A DNA stretch of 64,000 bases, taken from assembly GCF_006345805.1 (NCBI RefSeq), contig NC_042998.1:66216001-66280000 (forward strand). The letters run 5' to 3'. The notes under the pieces are model-generated. The model had not been told where the DNA came from. It made no database searches and saw only the letters and a list, made by a program, of their open reading frames with translations. Positions 10,511 through 23,369 of the stretch are shown here, piece by piece. The stretch comes from Octopus sinensis (lineage: Eukaryota). Position 1 is the stretch's first letter. Each line of letters opens with the position of its first letter. A program made the position numbers and the translations under genes.

Positions 10511-11578
10511 ATCTCTAGCAAGTATTACGATGATACCTCGGATCATGCGTTTTACTTGTAATTAACGCTATCAACTTTTATATGAACATCTACATGTTCA
10601 TATATTATCTATATGTGCACATATATTTAAGCATAACATATGTATTTTAGTAAATGGTCGTTGTTTAACAGTTGTAGGTAAACCTACAAAAAAGAAGTGA
10701 GGCGAAGGAGCATCGATGCGGTGAGTCAAATTCCGAGAAATAATAAATTTACAAATCGAAATTAAATATATTTTAAAATCAAAAAATATGCAATAAATAT
10801 AGTCCCTGATATCATGTAACCGAAAAAGGCATGGTGGTCTTGCTTGGCATTATTTCCAGAGCTTTATTTTCAGCCAACGACTAAAAATTATCCAATGTGT
10901 TGCCCCAGCCTGGTCAAATTGGGAAGACTGAAACAAATAATAAAAAATGGTAGAAGATCTGGTGTTGGTGAAGTAGACTTATTAGTTGTTCTGCTACAGT
11001 CCTAAGTTCAATGTTATTGGCCAACGTTTAAGTACTTCTACCTTTAAGGTAGTGTTAAATAAAAACCAGCAACGTTCTATCTTTTATTTCTTTTTAGTTT
11101 TCCTTTTTCTGTTTCTTTTTTCTACATCTTTTCATCAATCTAATGAAGATCCATAGTGATTTTTTGTTTTGCTTTGTTATTAAGGTTTTTTTTTCTTTTA
11201 TTGAGACTTCCTAATTGCCTGAGGAGCTTCCTGAAGAAACATTAAGAGCTTTTGTTTCACTCCTCTGTCCACAGAGTCACACACACACTCACAAACACAC
11301 ACGTGCTCTTTCTTTCTCACCCACTCTTTATCTCAACCCTCAGTTTCTTTCCCCCTCTGTAATAGTGTCAAGTCTCTCTCTCTATTCCGCTCACCATACA
11401 TCATTATATTAGTTTTTTTTGTTCATTAAATACATATCCACTTGGAATTCTTACATATTTTCACTCCACAATGAAAGGAAGCTGAAACCATACTTGCTGC
11501 TGTCTTTTGTCTTGGTTGTTATTATTCCTTGTCTGAATGCATAAATGTGTATCAATATATGAATATGTATACATATGT

Positions 11579-11609
<31 letters not shown>

Positions 11610-11645
11610 ATATATATATATATTATATATATATATATATTATAT

Positions 11646-11679
<34 letters not shown>

Positions 11680-12513
11680 ATATATATATATATACATGCA
11701 TACACATGTACACACACACAGACAAACACAAACTGGTGCAGAATATTTAAGTCAGCTTTTCTCCATGCATATTATTTATATAAGTTGAATGCTGTGTAAT
11801 GCTCATTCACCTTTATTGGCTACTGTAGGAAAATGTGTCAAAACAATTATAGTGATTTTAAATAAAGTATATCATTCATTCCATTTTCTATTATTTATCC
11901 ATATAAATTCTAGATTTGGGGATATAATTTAAGCTCTTTTAAATCAATACAGTATTTTCAATAAATTTTATTGCTCAAGGTAGTTTAAATTATTTTATAT
12001 GTAGTCTTTCATCGTACATTCAGTTCATTGTTTTATTCCTACCATGTTTTAAAATAAAGGTTATTAATCTATTTGGGTTATTAATCTAAGTGTTGAGTTA
12101 CTTTAGGTGTTAAGATTTTTACTTCTAACATTGATGCAATTTAGACTTTTGAAACTGTAAACAAAAGTATTCCTGATTGGCTTTTATCGTGTTTGTATAG
12201 CATGATTATTTGATATATTTTTATTTTTAAGACTTATGATTAAAATTGACCTGCTCGCTTAGCCAGCAGGGTGGTGTCATTGAAGGCTAAAACAATGCGA
12301 AGTGCATTGTGACCAGCGATGTGTAGCAATATCTGAAGGCCTGGTCGTAATGATAAAAATATACTCTTTTTCAATTTTGTAAAATTTGTTTTATTTTTAT
12401 TTGTGCATGTGTGTGTGTAAGTGTGTGCGTGCATGCGTGCGTACGTACATGATCATCATTTAATATTTATTCTCCATACTGTGATGGGCTGGATATATAT
12501 ATGTATATATATA

Positions 12514-12553
<40 letters not shown>

Positions 12554-12744
12554 TATATATATATGTGTGTGTGGTGTGTGTGTGTGTGTGAAATTAGAAA
12601 ACTAGACCAGAATTATCCATACAAAATATTTTGAAAATGAAACTGAAAATATTTAAGAACGCAGATGCGGAAGAGAAAATTAGATAAGCACTATTGAAAA
12701 ATCAGACTAATATTAAAACCATTTTGATGCCAACTCACCTGATA

Positions 12745-12782
<38 letters not shown>

Positions 12783-12784
<2 letters not shown>

Positions 12785-12928
12785 GATGGGCTTCTATCAG
12801 TTTCCTTCTACCAAATCCACTCACAAGGCTTTGATCGGCCCGAGGCTACAATAGAAAACACTTGCCCAAGGTGTCACGCAGTAGGACTGAACCCGGAACC
12901 ATGTGGTTCGTAAGGAAGCTACTTACTG
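12783..12928 (-). mobile_element. tRNA-derived SINE, 5' half of the family at 43532-43890
   Basis: Reverse complement of ...GGTTCCGGGTTCAGTCC...CACCTTGGGCAAGTG...GGATTTGGTAGA...AGAAGCCCATCGTATA. Confidence 0.8.
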
Positions 12929-13309
12929 CTTAAAGTGGTTTAGGTTTAATGCTACCAAGATTCCCTGCTATGTTCCAGACTAAGTTATATTGCAAAATCT
13001 CTTCTTTATTTTTGTAATTGAAAGGAAGGCGGTGTATTTCAATAGAAATATGGTGATAAAAGGATTGGAACCTGGAGTTTGCATTGCATATTAGTTAATA
13101 GCAATCTGCATAAAATACTCAATGTAATTACATCACAAAAAGCTGAATTGACTGTAATTTTCATCAGATAATAATACTGTCACATATGGACATACTGTGT
13201 GTATTTGCAAGTGTGTGTGTGCAAGAGTGTCCATGTGAGTGTGTATGTGTGCGTCTGTGTGTATGACGGAGACCTTTAGCATTAAATCGTGCTTGAGAAA
13301 TCCCATCAA

Positions 13310-13515
13310 GCGGAGCAATGTCACAGTCGTGGCGGTTACTGGTGTCACGGAAATCGGCACCCATCCCGGTGGCACGTAAAAGTTTTCCCGGTGTCACAAA
13401 AATGGCACGTAAAAACACCCATTACACTCTCAGAGCGATTAGTGTTAGGAAGAGCATCCAGCTGTAGAAAACCGTGCCAAATCAGACTGGTGGGGGGGTG
13501 AGGAGGATGAGGATG
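13310..13515 (+). mobile_element. SINE/RTE-related repeat fragment
   Basis: Duplicated GGCACGTAAAA motif followed by GTGTTAGGAAGAGCATCCAGCTGTAGAAA. Same family as 2530-2720. Confidence 0.55.
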
Positions 13516-14659
13516 AAGTACAGCATACACATCAGCAATAAAACTTTTTTTTCCTGACTATTCAGAAACGTAAAACACTACTTTATACAAAGTGATTTGG
13601 AAAGAAAACTACCGAAAAAAAGGATTGAGACGTTTCATAATATATGCATGTTGCCTTTTTTGATACCCTGCTTACAAAGTGATGTTATGAAAGGTTATTT
13701 AGCCTTAAGTATCATATACGTTAGTAGAGTATCCGAATGTGGAAAATCAGCAGATAATCTGTCTATCAGCCTGCAAGTTTATCAGTGCTGTGAGCTTCAG
13801 TTCACTGTAAATTCCAACGAGAATAAAATTAAAAGATATCTCTTATTTCAGTGGAAGTGAGCAAAGCAAATCACAGGAGGTTAAAACCATTGAGAGCAGT
13901 AAAGGATCTCGCAACGCTGAACAGCAATGTGCACTGAAGCGAAAGGAATATAGTACATATTGCAAGGGACATAAACAACAAATGTTTAGAAGGGCACGTT
14001 TAAGTTATTTCTTCGTGTAGAACAATAGCTAGTCAGAAATAGATCGACCACCGAATAATTCTATGAGAGAACGAAGGCTGGAAGGTAATAAATATGCGTT
14101 ATGTGCGAATATATCTCACTACTCTAAAGTAACAGACTGCAAGATCGACTGAATGTACTGTAAATATCATGTAGCTAATAAGGATGAAACATGTCTGCCA
14201 CATGGCTTGAGTCATGTCCACCATGAAATGCACATTTGATATTTTAACTCGGCTTCCTGAAAACATATATCAGCATATAAATTACTAATGGTCCCCTATG
14301 GTACGAATACTTATTTATTGTGGACATATATTTCATGTCCATGCTGTCTAACTTCGATTTATTCAAAAACTGACTTTTAGAAAAGTTGCCTTCCACCCGT
14401 TCGATAAAATATCATGTTCAATTTCAAAACTGAAATTGGGTGTCATATTGCATCCTCTGGTGTCTGCAACCTATTTAAGAAATTTTGATTATTTATGAAA
14501 AATTCAGCTATGGGAAAATGGAGGTGTGTATTATCAATATAGCTGTGTGAGATGTAAATTGAATATAATCAGGACTAATCATGCCCGGATGCATGATTTA
14601 AGAGTTATCGGGGTTTTTTTACGGTATGTATAAGGGACAGAATTCTCGATTATTCTAAT

Positions 14660-15122
14660 ATCCTTTTCTACTCAAGGCACAAAGCCCAAAAGTTTTCGTG
14701 GAGGGATGGGGGTATCAGTCGATTAAATCGACCCCAAGACGCAACTAGTACTTAATTTATCGACCCCGAAAGGATGAAAGGCAAAGTCAACCTCGGCGGG
14801 ATTTGAACTCAGAACGTAAAGACACGAAATACCTATTTCTTTATTACCCACAAGGGGCTAAACATAGAGGGGTCAAACATGGACAGACATAGGTATTAAG
14901 TCGATTATATCGGCCCCAGTGCGTAACTGGTACTTAATTTATCGACCCCGAAAGGATGAAAGGCAAAGTCGACCTCGGCGGAATTTGAACTCACAACGTA
15001 ACGGCAGCCGAAATACCGCTAAGCATTTCGCCCGGCGTGCTAACGTTTCTCATTTCTTTATTGCCCACAAGGGGCTAAACATAGAGGGTCACACAAGGAT
15101 AATGAAAAGGATTAAGTCGATT
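14660..15122 (-). mobile_element. Tandem or nested Nin-domain SINEs
   Basis: Two copies of CGACCCCGAAAGGATGAAAGGCAAAGTC.ACCTCGGCGG.ATTTGAACTC, plus tails TTTCTTTATT.CCCACAAGGGGCTAAAC at 14836 and 15053. Confidence 0.85.
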
Positions 15123-16959
15123 ATAAAATTAAAGTAATATAAATAGAAAAAGAAAGCAATTTTAGCCAATAGTCTCATATTTATTTCCAGTCAGGTCTTG
15201 ATTTAGCATTTTTTTATACTTATCCTATACGTTGAATATCTTGAATTTAAACTTTAGTCATTTATCAACCATGAGGTTAATGCTTAACACTTACGGCTGT
15301 TGTTTTTTTTTTTGTGTGTGTGTTTTTTAAACTCTTTAATATATGATTATTCGTTCTCGTGTAGGTATACGTCCATTTTACACTAAAATGAACTTCAATA
15401 TAATTGCCCAGGAGAACTGTTCTGAAGTAGTAATTTCTAATTTCAGCCATATAATAAAGTAACATTCTGAAATAAAACGAGGGCACTGAAATGTAAGATT
15501 ATATGCTGAATATTATGACAACATAACCGATCAAAAACATTTTTAGAAGAAGGGTTACATTACAGCCGTTAATATGCTTTTACAAGAAGTTTGGAGATTA
15601 TTTTCTTTTGATGTATTTTCTCCATAATTCTTTCAGAATGATCTTAGAAAGCAGCCCATGTATGTGCCTGGTCATTACAAGACTGGCCAGATTTTAGACT
15701 GCAGCGGCATATGTCGATGAATATCATCTGTTTAAAATTACTAACACGCGCAGTATTAGTAATACTTATTATTGTAGAACAGGTACTTTTATTAAATTTC
15801 TATGAATAAATTAACAAAATGATGGGGTTTAGTCCAAACTTTCAATGATGATATCGTTATCTGAATAATGTAAAAATGTAAACTAAACGTTATTTATTTA
15901 TTTACTTAAAATACAATATATATCATAATACCACGTATATCTTTGTCTTACATTCAAAATGATTTTAACGTAATTTAATATGTTAGTTCAAACTGAATGT
16001 TTTGCGGTCATTTTTAAGTTAATATTTCATAGCGTTTTCTCTCTCACTGACATCTTCCTGAATAAAATTAAGAGATATTATATAATTACGTATAATTCCA
16101 TATCCCTTGAATTTTACTCTATGAATCGCTTCTTGAGAGAAATATCTTATCTATAATGTGTTTTGGGGACCATTCAACCTCATGCGTGTTTAAAAGCAGA
16201 CGACGACACGGCTTATATAAATTTAGCTTCACAGGAGATCTATTATCAAGGCTGCATGTATAAGGCTCTGCAAATGTTCTTCAGAAAAGGTTGGCTATGT
16301 GAAATCAGGTGAGAGAATGAGTATATCTTATTTTTTGCATTGTTGAAATCAATATTATAATAAACCACACAATCATTCTGCAAAAATATTTGCATTTTCA
16401 CTAATGCGTTGTGTCTATATTATGATCACTAATTAGTGGTATGAGTGGAGACCATACATTTTCAACAGAAATATTGCTCTTCATATGTTAGATAACGAGC
16501 AATTGTTACTTCATTTGCTGCTTTCAAATTGATGTTACGAATCTGAAGATTAACATAATTATTGGAGAACTGTATCTAAGTTTCTGGCTCCATTACGTCA
16601 TCACAGTTTCGATTTCTGGTAAAAAATGCAATATTTTGAAATCAAAAACATTTTCAGTTACGTTTCGACTGACTTTAGAAACAAGTAAAAATAAATATTG
16701 TCGGGATCAATATTTTATTCTCTGAGAAACTTTAAAAAAAATATTTTGTTTCACCCGACAAAAAAAAAATACAAGAAACTTTACAATTTATTTGAGTTTC
16801 TTGAATTAACGTTTTATGGTAATTCATGTGTCGCTTCCAAATCGAAATTGCATAACCAATATTATAATTGTACAGTCTCAAAAACCCAATATTCAATAAT
16901 CACCGGGGCATCATATTTTTTTTGTTTAAACGTTATTGTTGGTTTCAGTAATATTGTTA

Positions 16960-17050
16960 TTATCCTCATCATCATTATTATTAGTAGTAGTAACATAATT
17001 AATCTTGTAATAATAATAATAATAATAATAATAACAACAACAACAACAAC

Positions 17051-17109
<59 letters not shown>

Positions 17110-17114
17110 TAATG

Positions 17115-17164
<50 letters not shown>

Positions 17165-17195
17165 TTGTTGCTATCATGATTATTGTTGTTATTAT
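16960..17195. repeat. (AAT)n/(AAC)n trinucleotide microsatellite
   Basis: Direct reading. Confidence 0.97.
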
Positions 17196-17819
17196 TACCC
17201 GTTTGTTACTAACAATGTTAAGTACACAAAATTGAATTAACGCAAAGAAATAAAGCAAATATGCCTTGTTTGTTATATTACCGTTATATAGATTACACTA
17301 CAAAACGCACAAACGCATATTGGATGATTCTAGAAAGCCTTGTCTCATTTTATTATTTTGTCGAAGAACACCTGCATGCATTACTAATTTATTATATCCA
17401 CAAAGATTTATTCAACACGTTATCAACATATAACGAAATTTTCATTAAATTATGCCGGCTAACATCTTACATATATTCAATCATTCATTTTAATATGTCT
17501 TTTGTTAATGAAATATTTGAAAATAAAATCGAATTATTTCGGGACCCATGCTAGAGGAAATATAAATAAAAAGAAATAACATTAACCTCGTAAATATTCT
17601 CAAACACAGCAAACAATATGTAAATAAAGTATTGAAGTTTTATTGCAACCAGATTTTATTAACAGATGCATTGCAGTTAGTGAAATACATAAGCGCATTC
17701 TATTCACCACTTTGTGGGAAAAACATTATATAAAAATATATAAATTTATATACATTCACAAATGCTTACACATACAAACATAAATACATATATCCATATA
17801 TATGCGGGGGGGGGGTCTC

Positions 17820-17975
17820 ATATGTACAGAAAACAAAAGACAAAGACAGGAGAGGGAATAACAAGCATGTACATAAGTTTCATGCAAGGGAAGAATGGGG
17901 AACGGTTTGACGTTTCGAACCTACGCTCTTCAATGTGAGGGGGAAAATGGTGAGAGAGAATACAAAATAGAGAAA
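17820..17975 (-). mobile_element. Family A cassette with degenerate hammerhead at 17905-17935
   Basis: Minus strand: ...CATTGAAGAGCGTAGGTTCGAAACGTCAAAC... followed by CCTGTCTTTGTCTTTTGTTTTCTGTACAT, as in 25040-25198 and 55165-55314. Confidence 0.65.
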
Positions 17976-18044
17976 TAAATGTGTTGTTAGATGACCAGGC
18001 CAAAAGGCCCACCGGGAAGAACAACATGATCTACTTTTCTGTTA

Positions 18045-18520
18045 AGGGTATCATATACCTGATGTATCACTTTCAAAGAAGTAAAAGAAACCCTTCTTCA
18101 GCCAAGGATCTTCTCACTCCAATTCTATTGCTGTGGCGCTCGAGCCACTTCGTGAAGGCCTCCTGGAAGTTCCGCAAACTGAAGATATCTCAAACAATTG
18201 TCATAGCTTCCTATGTTTTCTCTTTTTATTTGAGTTGTAACCAAAGGTGACACAGATCAAGTTCTCCACTGTTAAGAGATTGAGGGACAGTTGTGATGCA
18301 CATGTCTTTCGAGTAGTTGGCTACCAGCATGAATTTGTGGATTGGCGCATTGTCCAGGTTCGTGATCTTTGGCCTTTTACTATGAAGATTTTGTCCTTTA
18401 CCTAGCCTCCAAGCCTTTTTCGCAACCGTCTGGTCAGGAGGAATCAAGTACATGATTCACTAGTCAGAAAAGTGAATCATGCTGTTCTTCCTTGTGGGCC
18501 ATTTTTGCCAGCGAAAAACA
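18045..18520 (-). mobile_element. Highly decayed mariner transposase 3' fragment
   Basis: DNAPIH...LVANY...TVPQSLNS.ELDLCHLWL (degenerate HPPYSPDLAPCDFWLF) and FQEAFTKWLERH. Confidence 0.7.
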
Positions 18521-18827
18521 TGATTTGGAATATTTCATAACTTTCCTAGAACTTGCGAACATTTTGTTAACGATTTTGCGCAATTTAATTCAAGCGTTTT
18601 CTGCATAGCAAGCTTCCAAATTGCATTCACGTAACCACTACATGAAACAAACAAGTCACTCGTGTCAAGTAGTTTTGAGTAGAATCTCTTCGAATCTGTA
18701 ATAACAAAAGTTAGTAAGTCAGCGTATAAGCTGCATAGAAATGATATAATAAAATCCTAATAATCGAGGACTGTTATAACTGCCTCTCCTAAACAAGTCG
18801 CAAAATTTCAGGAATGCTCCACGTATA

Positions 18828-19013
18828 CGAGGGGCGCTGAAAGTTCCTGGCTTTAAGGGTATCGTGAAAGAATTTCGAGTTCTATTACAGGGCTTCGAAA
18901 ATTGAAGAACCACTGCAAGAAGTGAATCCCAGAGTGGAATAAGTTAAATACATTCGTAATTAACGTTTGTATTTTCTGTTACCCAACCCAAGGAACTTTT
19001 CAGCACACCCTCG
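18828..19013. mobile_element. Mariner-derived MITE
   Basis: TIRs CGAGGGGCGCTGAAAGTTCCTGG and CCAAGGAACTTTTCAGCACACCCTCG, with TA on both sides. Confidence 0.85.
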
Positions 19014-19184
19014 TATGTATCATTTAACAATAAGACGGGTGACTGCCATGCTGGGGCAACTCCTTGAAGAATGTGAGTCGGCGAATCTACCCCATTACTT
19101 GTTTAATTTTTCAAAGCCTTAGTACTTGTTATATCGGTCTATAACGATAAACCACTAAGTTACAAGGGCGTAAATGAAGCAAAA

Positions 19185-19284
<100 letters not shown>

Positions 19285-19487
19285 ATATATATATAGTATA
19301 TAGTATATTTGCCACCTAAATGGGGCTAACCCTTAAGGGTTGATGATACTGTGGCTTCTAGCCCCAGAAAGACATCTCCTCCAGCTGGCAATTGACACAC
19401 GTTCTGTGCCCTAACAATAGTTGCAAAGGGAAGTCATCTTTCCCATCCCCATCTACTGTTTATACCTCGCTCAGAGATTTATTATTG

Positions 19488-19547
<60 letters not shown>

Positions 19548-19659
19548 TTCTTTTATATATATATATATATATATATACATATCTTTATTTTATACACACA
19601 CATATTTATATATATATGTATATATACATACATATATACATATATACATATAAACACAA

Positions 19660-19822
19660 ATGACGAGCTTCTTTCAGTATCCGTTTACCAAGTCCACACA
19701 AAAAGCTTTGTTTCGCCTGAGATTATAGTAGAATGCACTTGCTCACTCTGCTACGCAGCGAGACTGGACCTGGGAACCATGCAGTTGGAATGCAAACTTC
19801 TTACCACACAGCCAGACCTACT
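19660..19822 (-). mobile_element. Degenerate tRNA-SINE (43532 family)
   Basis: GACGAGCTTCTTTCAGTATCCGTTTACCAAGTCCAC...CTTACCACACAGCCA. Confidence 0.7.
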
Positions 19823-19969
19823 TCTAATATATATTTATATATATATATAAGTCTGTGCAATATATATACATAAATATGTGTGTGTGTGAGTGTGTGTGTG
19901 TGTGAGTGTGTGTGTGTGTGAGTGTGTGTGTGTGTGTGTGTGTTTGTGAGCGTGTGTGTGTGTGTGTGT

Positions 19970-20004
<35 letters not shown>

Positions 20005-20007
<3 letters not shown>

Positions 20008-20410
20008 GCCCGACCCCACCTTGAGTACTGTTGCTCACTGTGGTCTCTCCATACAAAACATCTCATTATGAAAGTGGAAGAACTCCAGAGGTCAATAACA
20101 AGAAAGACTGCATGAGAATCATTGACTACTGTGGTCGACTAAAAAAAAAAACTGAATCACTACTCTCTCCAATTCCGCCGGGAACGCTACAACATTTGTG
20201 TGATTTGGAAAATATTCCGTATATATTGCACAAATGACGTTGGTATCAATTTTTCAATCCATCCTAAACATGGCCCCCGTGCTATCTGCCCACAACAAAA
20301 ATCGAACTCAGGACACATAACAACATTACGTCAGAACTACTTTACTCCAATCGGTCCAGTTCTCTTTAATACCATGCCAACGTACATCAAAACGGAAACG
20401 GATCCCATGT
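20005..20410 (+). mobile_element. CR1/L2-group LINE ORF2 C-terminal fragment
   Basis: RPHLEYCCSLWS...KVEELQRSITR...DY..RLK.LN.YSLQFRRERY...IWKI...GPVLFN.MP, the typical CR1-like C-terminal motifs. Confidence 0.85.
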
Positions 20411-20535
20411 CACAGCTTTGCGATGTTCAGTAGTAATACAACACTTCGCAGATATGAGCAGCATATGGGAACTGGTATTAAGGAAGCATAGAAAGATATT
20501 AGATTTATAAACCCTAAATTTCACACCATAATTGC

Positions 20536-20796
20536 CCACAGGCACATGGCGCAGTGATTAAGAGCATGGGCTATTAACCCCAATATACCGAGTTCCATTC
20601 CAAACAGTTACCTGAACAATAATAATAACAACAACAACAAAGAAAAATCCCTTAGGAACGAGGACACAAGTTCGAAATTTCGCCCAAGACACCTGAAGAA
20701 AGCCGAAACGTTGACTTAACAACAAACAAGATGAGGCCAAATATCCGTTGATTGTAAATAATGCAAATAATTCCTCACCTCTTATATATAGAACTA
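20536..20796 (+). mobile_element. tRNA-headed SINE-like element with hammerhead-bearing tail (copy 2)
   Basis: A-box TGGCGCAGTGA (20547), B-box-like GTTCCATTCC (20592), (AAT/AAC)n, then GACAC-CTGAAGAA-AGCC-GAAACGTT with most of stem II deleted. Same 3' end as copy 1. Confidence 0.8.
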
Positions 20797-20845
20797 TATA
20801 TTTCCTTATATATGTGTGCATATATATATATATAATATATATATA

Positions 20846-20890
<45 letters not shown>

Positions 20891-21035
20891 TGAGACAAGT
20901 AAGCAAAACATCCAGACAGGTGAATAAAAAAAAGGATCAACAATACAGACAGACAGACAGACGGTACAAAGAAAACAGGGACGGGTCATTCGGAGTTTTC
21001 TATCCTCAGTCGAGTTCCAGATTATCTTTGCAATT

Positions 21036-21084
<49 letters not shown>

Positions 21085-21131
21085 TGCAAAAATAATCTAG
21101 AATTTATATATAAATATATATATATATAAAT

Positions 21132-21310
21132 AGTAGATGGCCAAAAAACGAAATAAAAACACAGAGTAACAATAACGTGAGGACCTGCTACAGGTAAGAT
21201 ATTGCCAGACGCGCAAACGTAAAACCACATTTCTTTCCTTCCGTGAGCCTCTGCTAATACTTTACATGTACCACGTCCTCTCGTTGTTGTTTCTTAGTGC
21301 TTGTTCTTTG
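21132..21310 (+). mobile_element. 5'-truncated family A cassette preceded by an inverted copy of its own tail
   Basis: About 21155-21211 is the reverse complement of about 21247-21302. The forward part starts at the AAACGTAAAAC remnant of the HHR. Confidence 0.7.
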
Positions 21311-21812
21311 TCTTTTCTTTATCGACTATTTATCGACTATTACCGCTCACACGGACCCTTGGCCCTCCGACTGACTTTGGAGTACGTAATTCGCGGAAAT
21401 TTTTCGACCATCAGATTACGTTACCTTGTTCATTATGAAACCGCCATTTCTGCACCATGATTATATAAATATATATATATATATATTCTCCTCCATATAT
21501 AACAAGCTCATTTGGTCGCACCTGTTGATTCTGTCTACTCTTATAACCCAACGAAATTTTCTTGTATTTTCTACAGCTTCAATAATTTGGAATATTATAA
21601 CTGGATTCTCTACCTGGATGTTCTACTCTCGTAGACGTCAGTTGCACCTCTCCTACCCAAGGATTACACTGGACGCTTCCTTTGATGAGTAAACGCTCCA
21701 ATACACCACAAAGTTTGAAGCTTTTGAACCTTTTCAACTTTTCTTAACTTCTTTGTACTTTCTGCTTTTTCCTAGCTCTCTTGTTTGGCCCCTATGTCCG
21801 GCATTCGCCATG

Positions 21813-22548
21813 GTCCTCTACAATAATACAGATTCTTCTGGATAAGCAGTATGGGATGTTACGTTTTGTATTCGGTGGATGGCATGATTTAAAATTCAGA
21901 TATTGGTGTCTATCTCAGTGTTTATAATATAGATCTGTGGTAATGGTGGAATTCTTTTTAATCACCATTATGTCTAGGAATGGTAATTTGTTACTGCTCA
22001 TCACCTTTGTAAATTGGATGGATGGGTGTAGGTTGTTCAAGAGGATGTTGAATTCTTCCACAGTGTTTTGAATTTTTTTCCAGATTATGAGGCAATCGTT
22101 GAGGTATCTCTTCCATGCTTTTTCAATATAGTGCCGAAATTCAGTGCTGCATCTCTCCTATAATTCCTAGTAGGGTTTTCTCTAACTATCCCATCACCGA
22201 GTTCGCATAAACGGGAGCAAACTTCGTTCCCACAGTCGTGCCTTATACTGGATGTAGTTGAAGAAGAAAGTGGTGTTTTCCAGAATAAGTCTGACTGAGT
22301 CTAATATGAATGTCACTGTGAATCTGTTGTGGGTTGCTTCTCTATGTTTACCTACCCAGTATTTGATCGCCTTTATTCCTAAATCATGTGGGATATTGGT
22401 GTAAAGGCTTACTCCATCAAAGCTTAGTAGGATTGAATTTGTTTCAGTGGTTTTGGGAAGATGGGATAGAAAATAGTTGTTTTCCCGAATGAAGCTGGGT
22501 ATGTAGATACATAGGGGTTTGAAAAAAATGTCGATGAAATTGCTTAGA
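21813..22548 (-). pseudogene. Penelope-like element reverse transcriptase fragment
   Basis: Manual translation: LSNFIDIFFKPL..IPSFIRE..FL..LP..LLSFDGVSLYTNIPH.LGIKAIKYW; GTTVGTKFAPVYAN; WKRYLNDC (YLDD decayed); LNNLHPSIQFT; LPFLD; CHPP..KRNIPYCLSRRIC. Confidence 0.92.
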
Positions 22549-22549
22549 C

Positions 22550-22844
22550 ATGAACGGCAAAAGCAGAAATTTAATCTACTGCTTCAAATGCCCAAATTGT
22601 GAAGAACTGTATGTTGGCCAGACAGGTAATGCACTTTCAGAACGCTCGCGTGTGCATCGAAAAAAAATTAAAAAACCAGAAGTCCGCCAAATGCCACTGA
22701 GTTACCATCTGGAAACATGTAGTCGGAAAGTTGTTATGATATTCCCATTTCATAAACTTTACTTACAACCTGAATGAAATTGAGAGAAAACTGAGAAAAA
22801 AGGACTTTATTAAGAAATTCAAACCCAAGCTTAACAAACAATGA
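22550..22844 (+). pseudogene. Penelope-like GIY-YIG endonuclease fragment (CCHH type), followed by a 3' region to about 23230
   Basis: NLIYCFKCPNCEELYVGQTG..LSER.RVHR...HL..C.....IFPF...E...IKKFKPKLN, with stops near the end. Confidence 0.9.
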
Positions 22845-23073
22845 CTAAATTAGTCGTATTTGGTGTCTAAAAATCTTATCCCTGTAACCAAAACAAAAAA
22901 CAAAAAATCTCTAAAAAGTACTGCTATCATCGTTTCTAAAAATAAAACATTGAAAAATGGTTTGGCATTATTTCTAAAAATAGCCAAACAACTACTACTG
23001 CAGCCCACAAGAACATATATAAAGGACAAAAGACACCCAGTCAACCATAGTTGCAACACTCCTGTCACAACCT

Positions 23074-23117
23074 GGGACCTTGAAGACTGCTATAATGCAA
23101 GAGAGTATACTAGTCCC
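23074..23117 (+). ncRNA. Mutated type I hammerhead in the PLE 3' region
   Basis: GGGAC-C-TTGAAGA-CTGC-TATAAT-GCAA-GAG-AGTATACT-A-GTCCC. Stem I is GGGAC/GTCCC and stem III is palindromic; GAAA is mutated to GAGA. Confidence 0.65.
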
Positions 23118-23314
23118 TTATTGTTTTATATTAAATATTTCATCTATTCAATAAGACAATCAATACTTCATTTCATATTACAATATATATATTATTTATA
23201 CTATATATTCTATATTCTACATTAATGTTATAAATAATATAAACAACATATTAAAACAGTTGGAATAATATATATCCCTCTATACACAATCATACAAACC
23301 CCTTTATATGTATA

Positions 23315-23369
<55 letters not shown>

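Noticed and set aside
11218-11250. CTGAGGAGCTTCCTGAAGAAACATTA as an HHR (similar weak motifs near 31960-32000, 56140-56172, 62750-62800)
   Set aside because: Stems are too short or unpaired. Such matches are expected by chance or are too decayed to support.
19337-19382. Hammerhead-like TTGATGA...GAAAGACATCTC
   Set aside because: It has three extra nucleotides before stem II, and the related arms at 53568-53914 lack the core. Probably coincidental.
20975-21012. Minus-strand CTGAGGA...CCGAATGACCCGTC as an HHR
   Set aside because: Stem II does not pair convincingly and A15.1 is missing.
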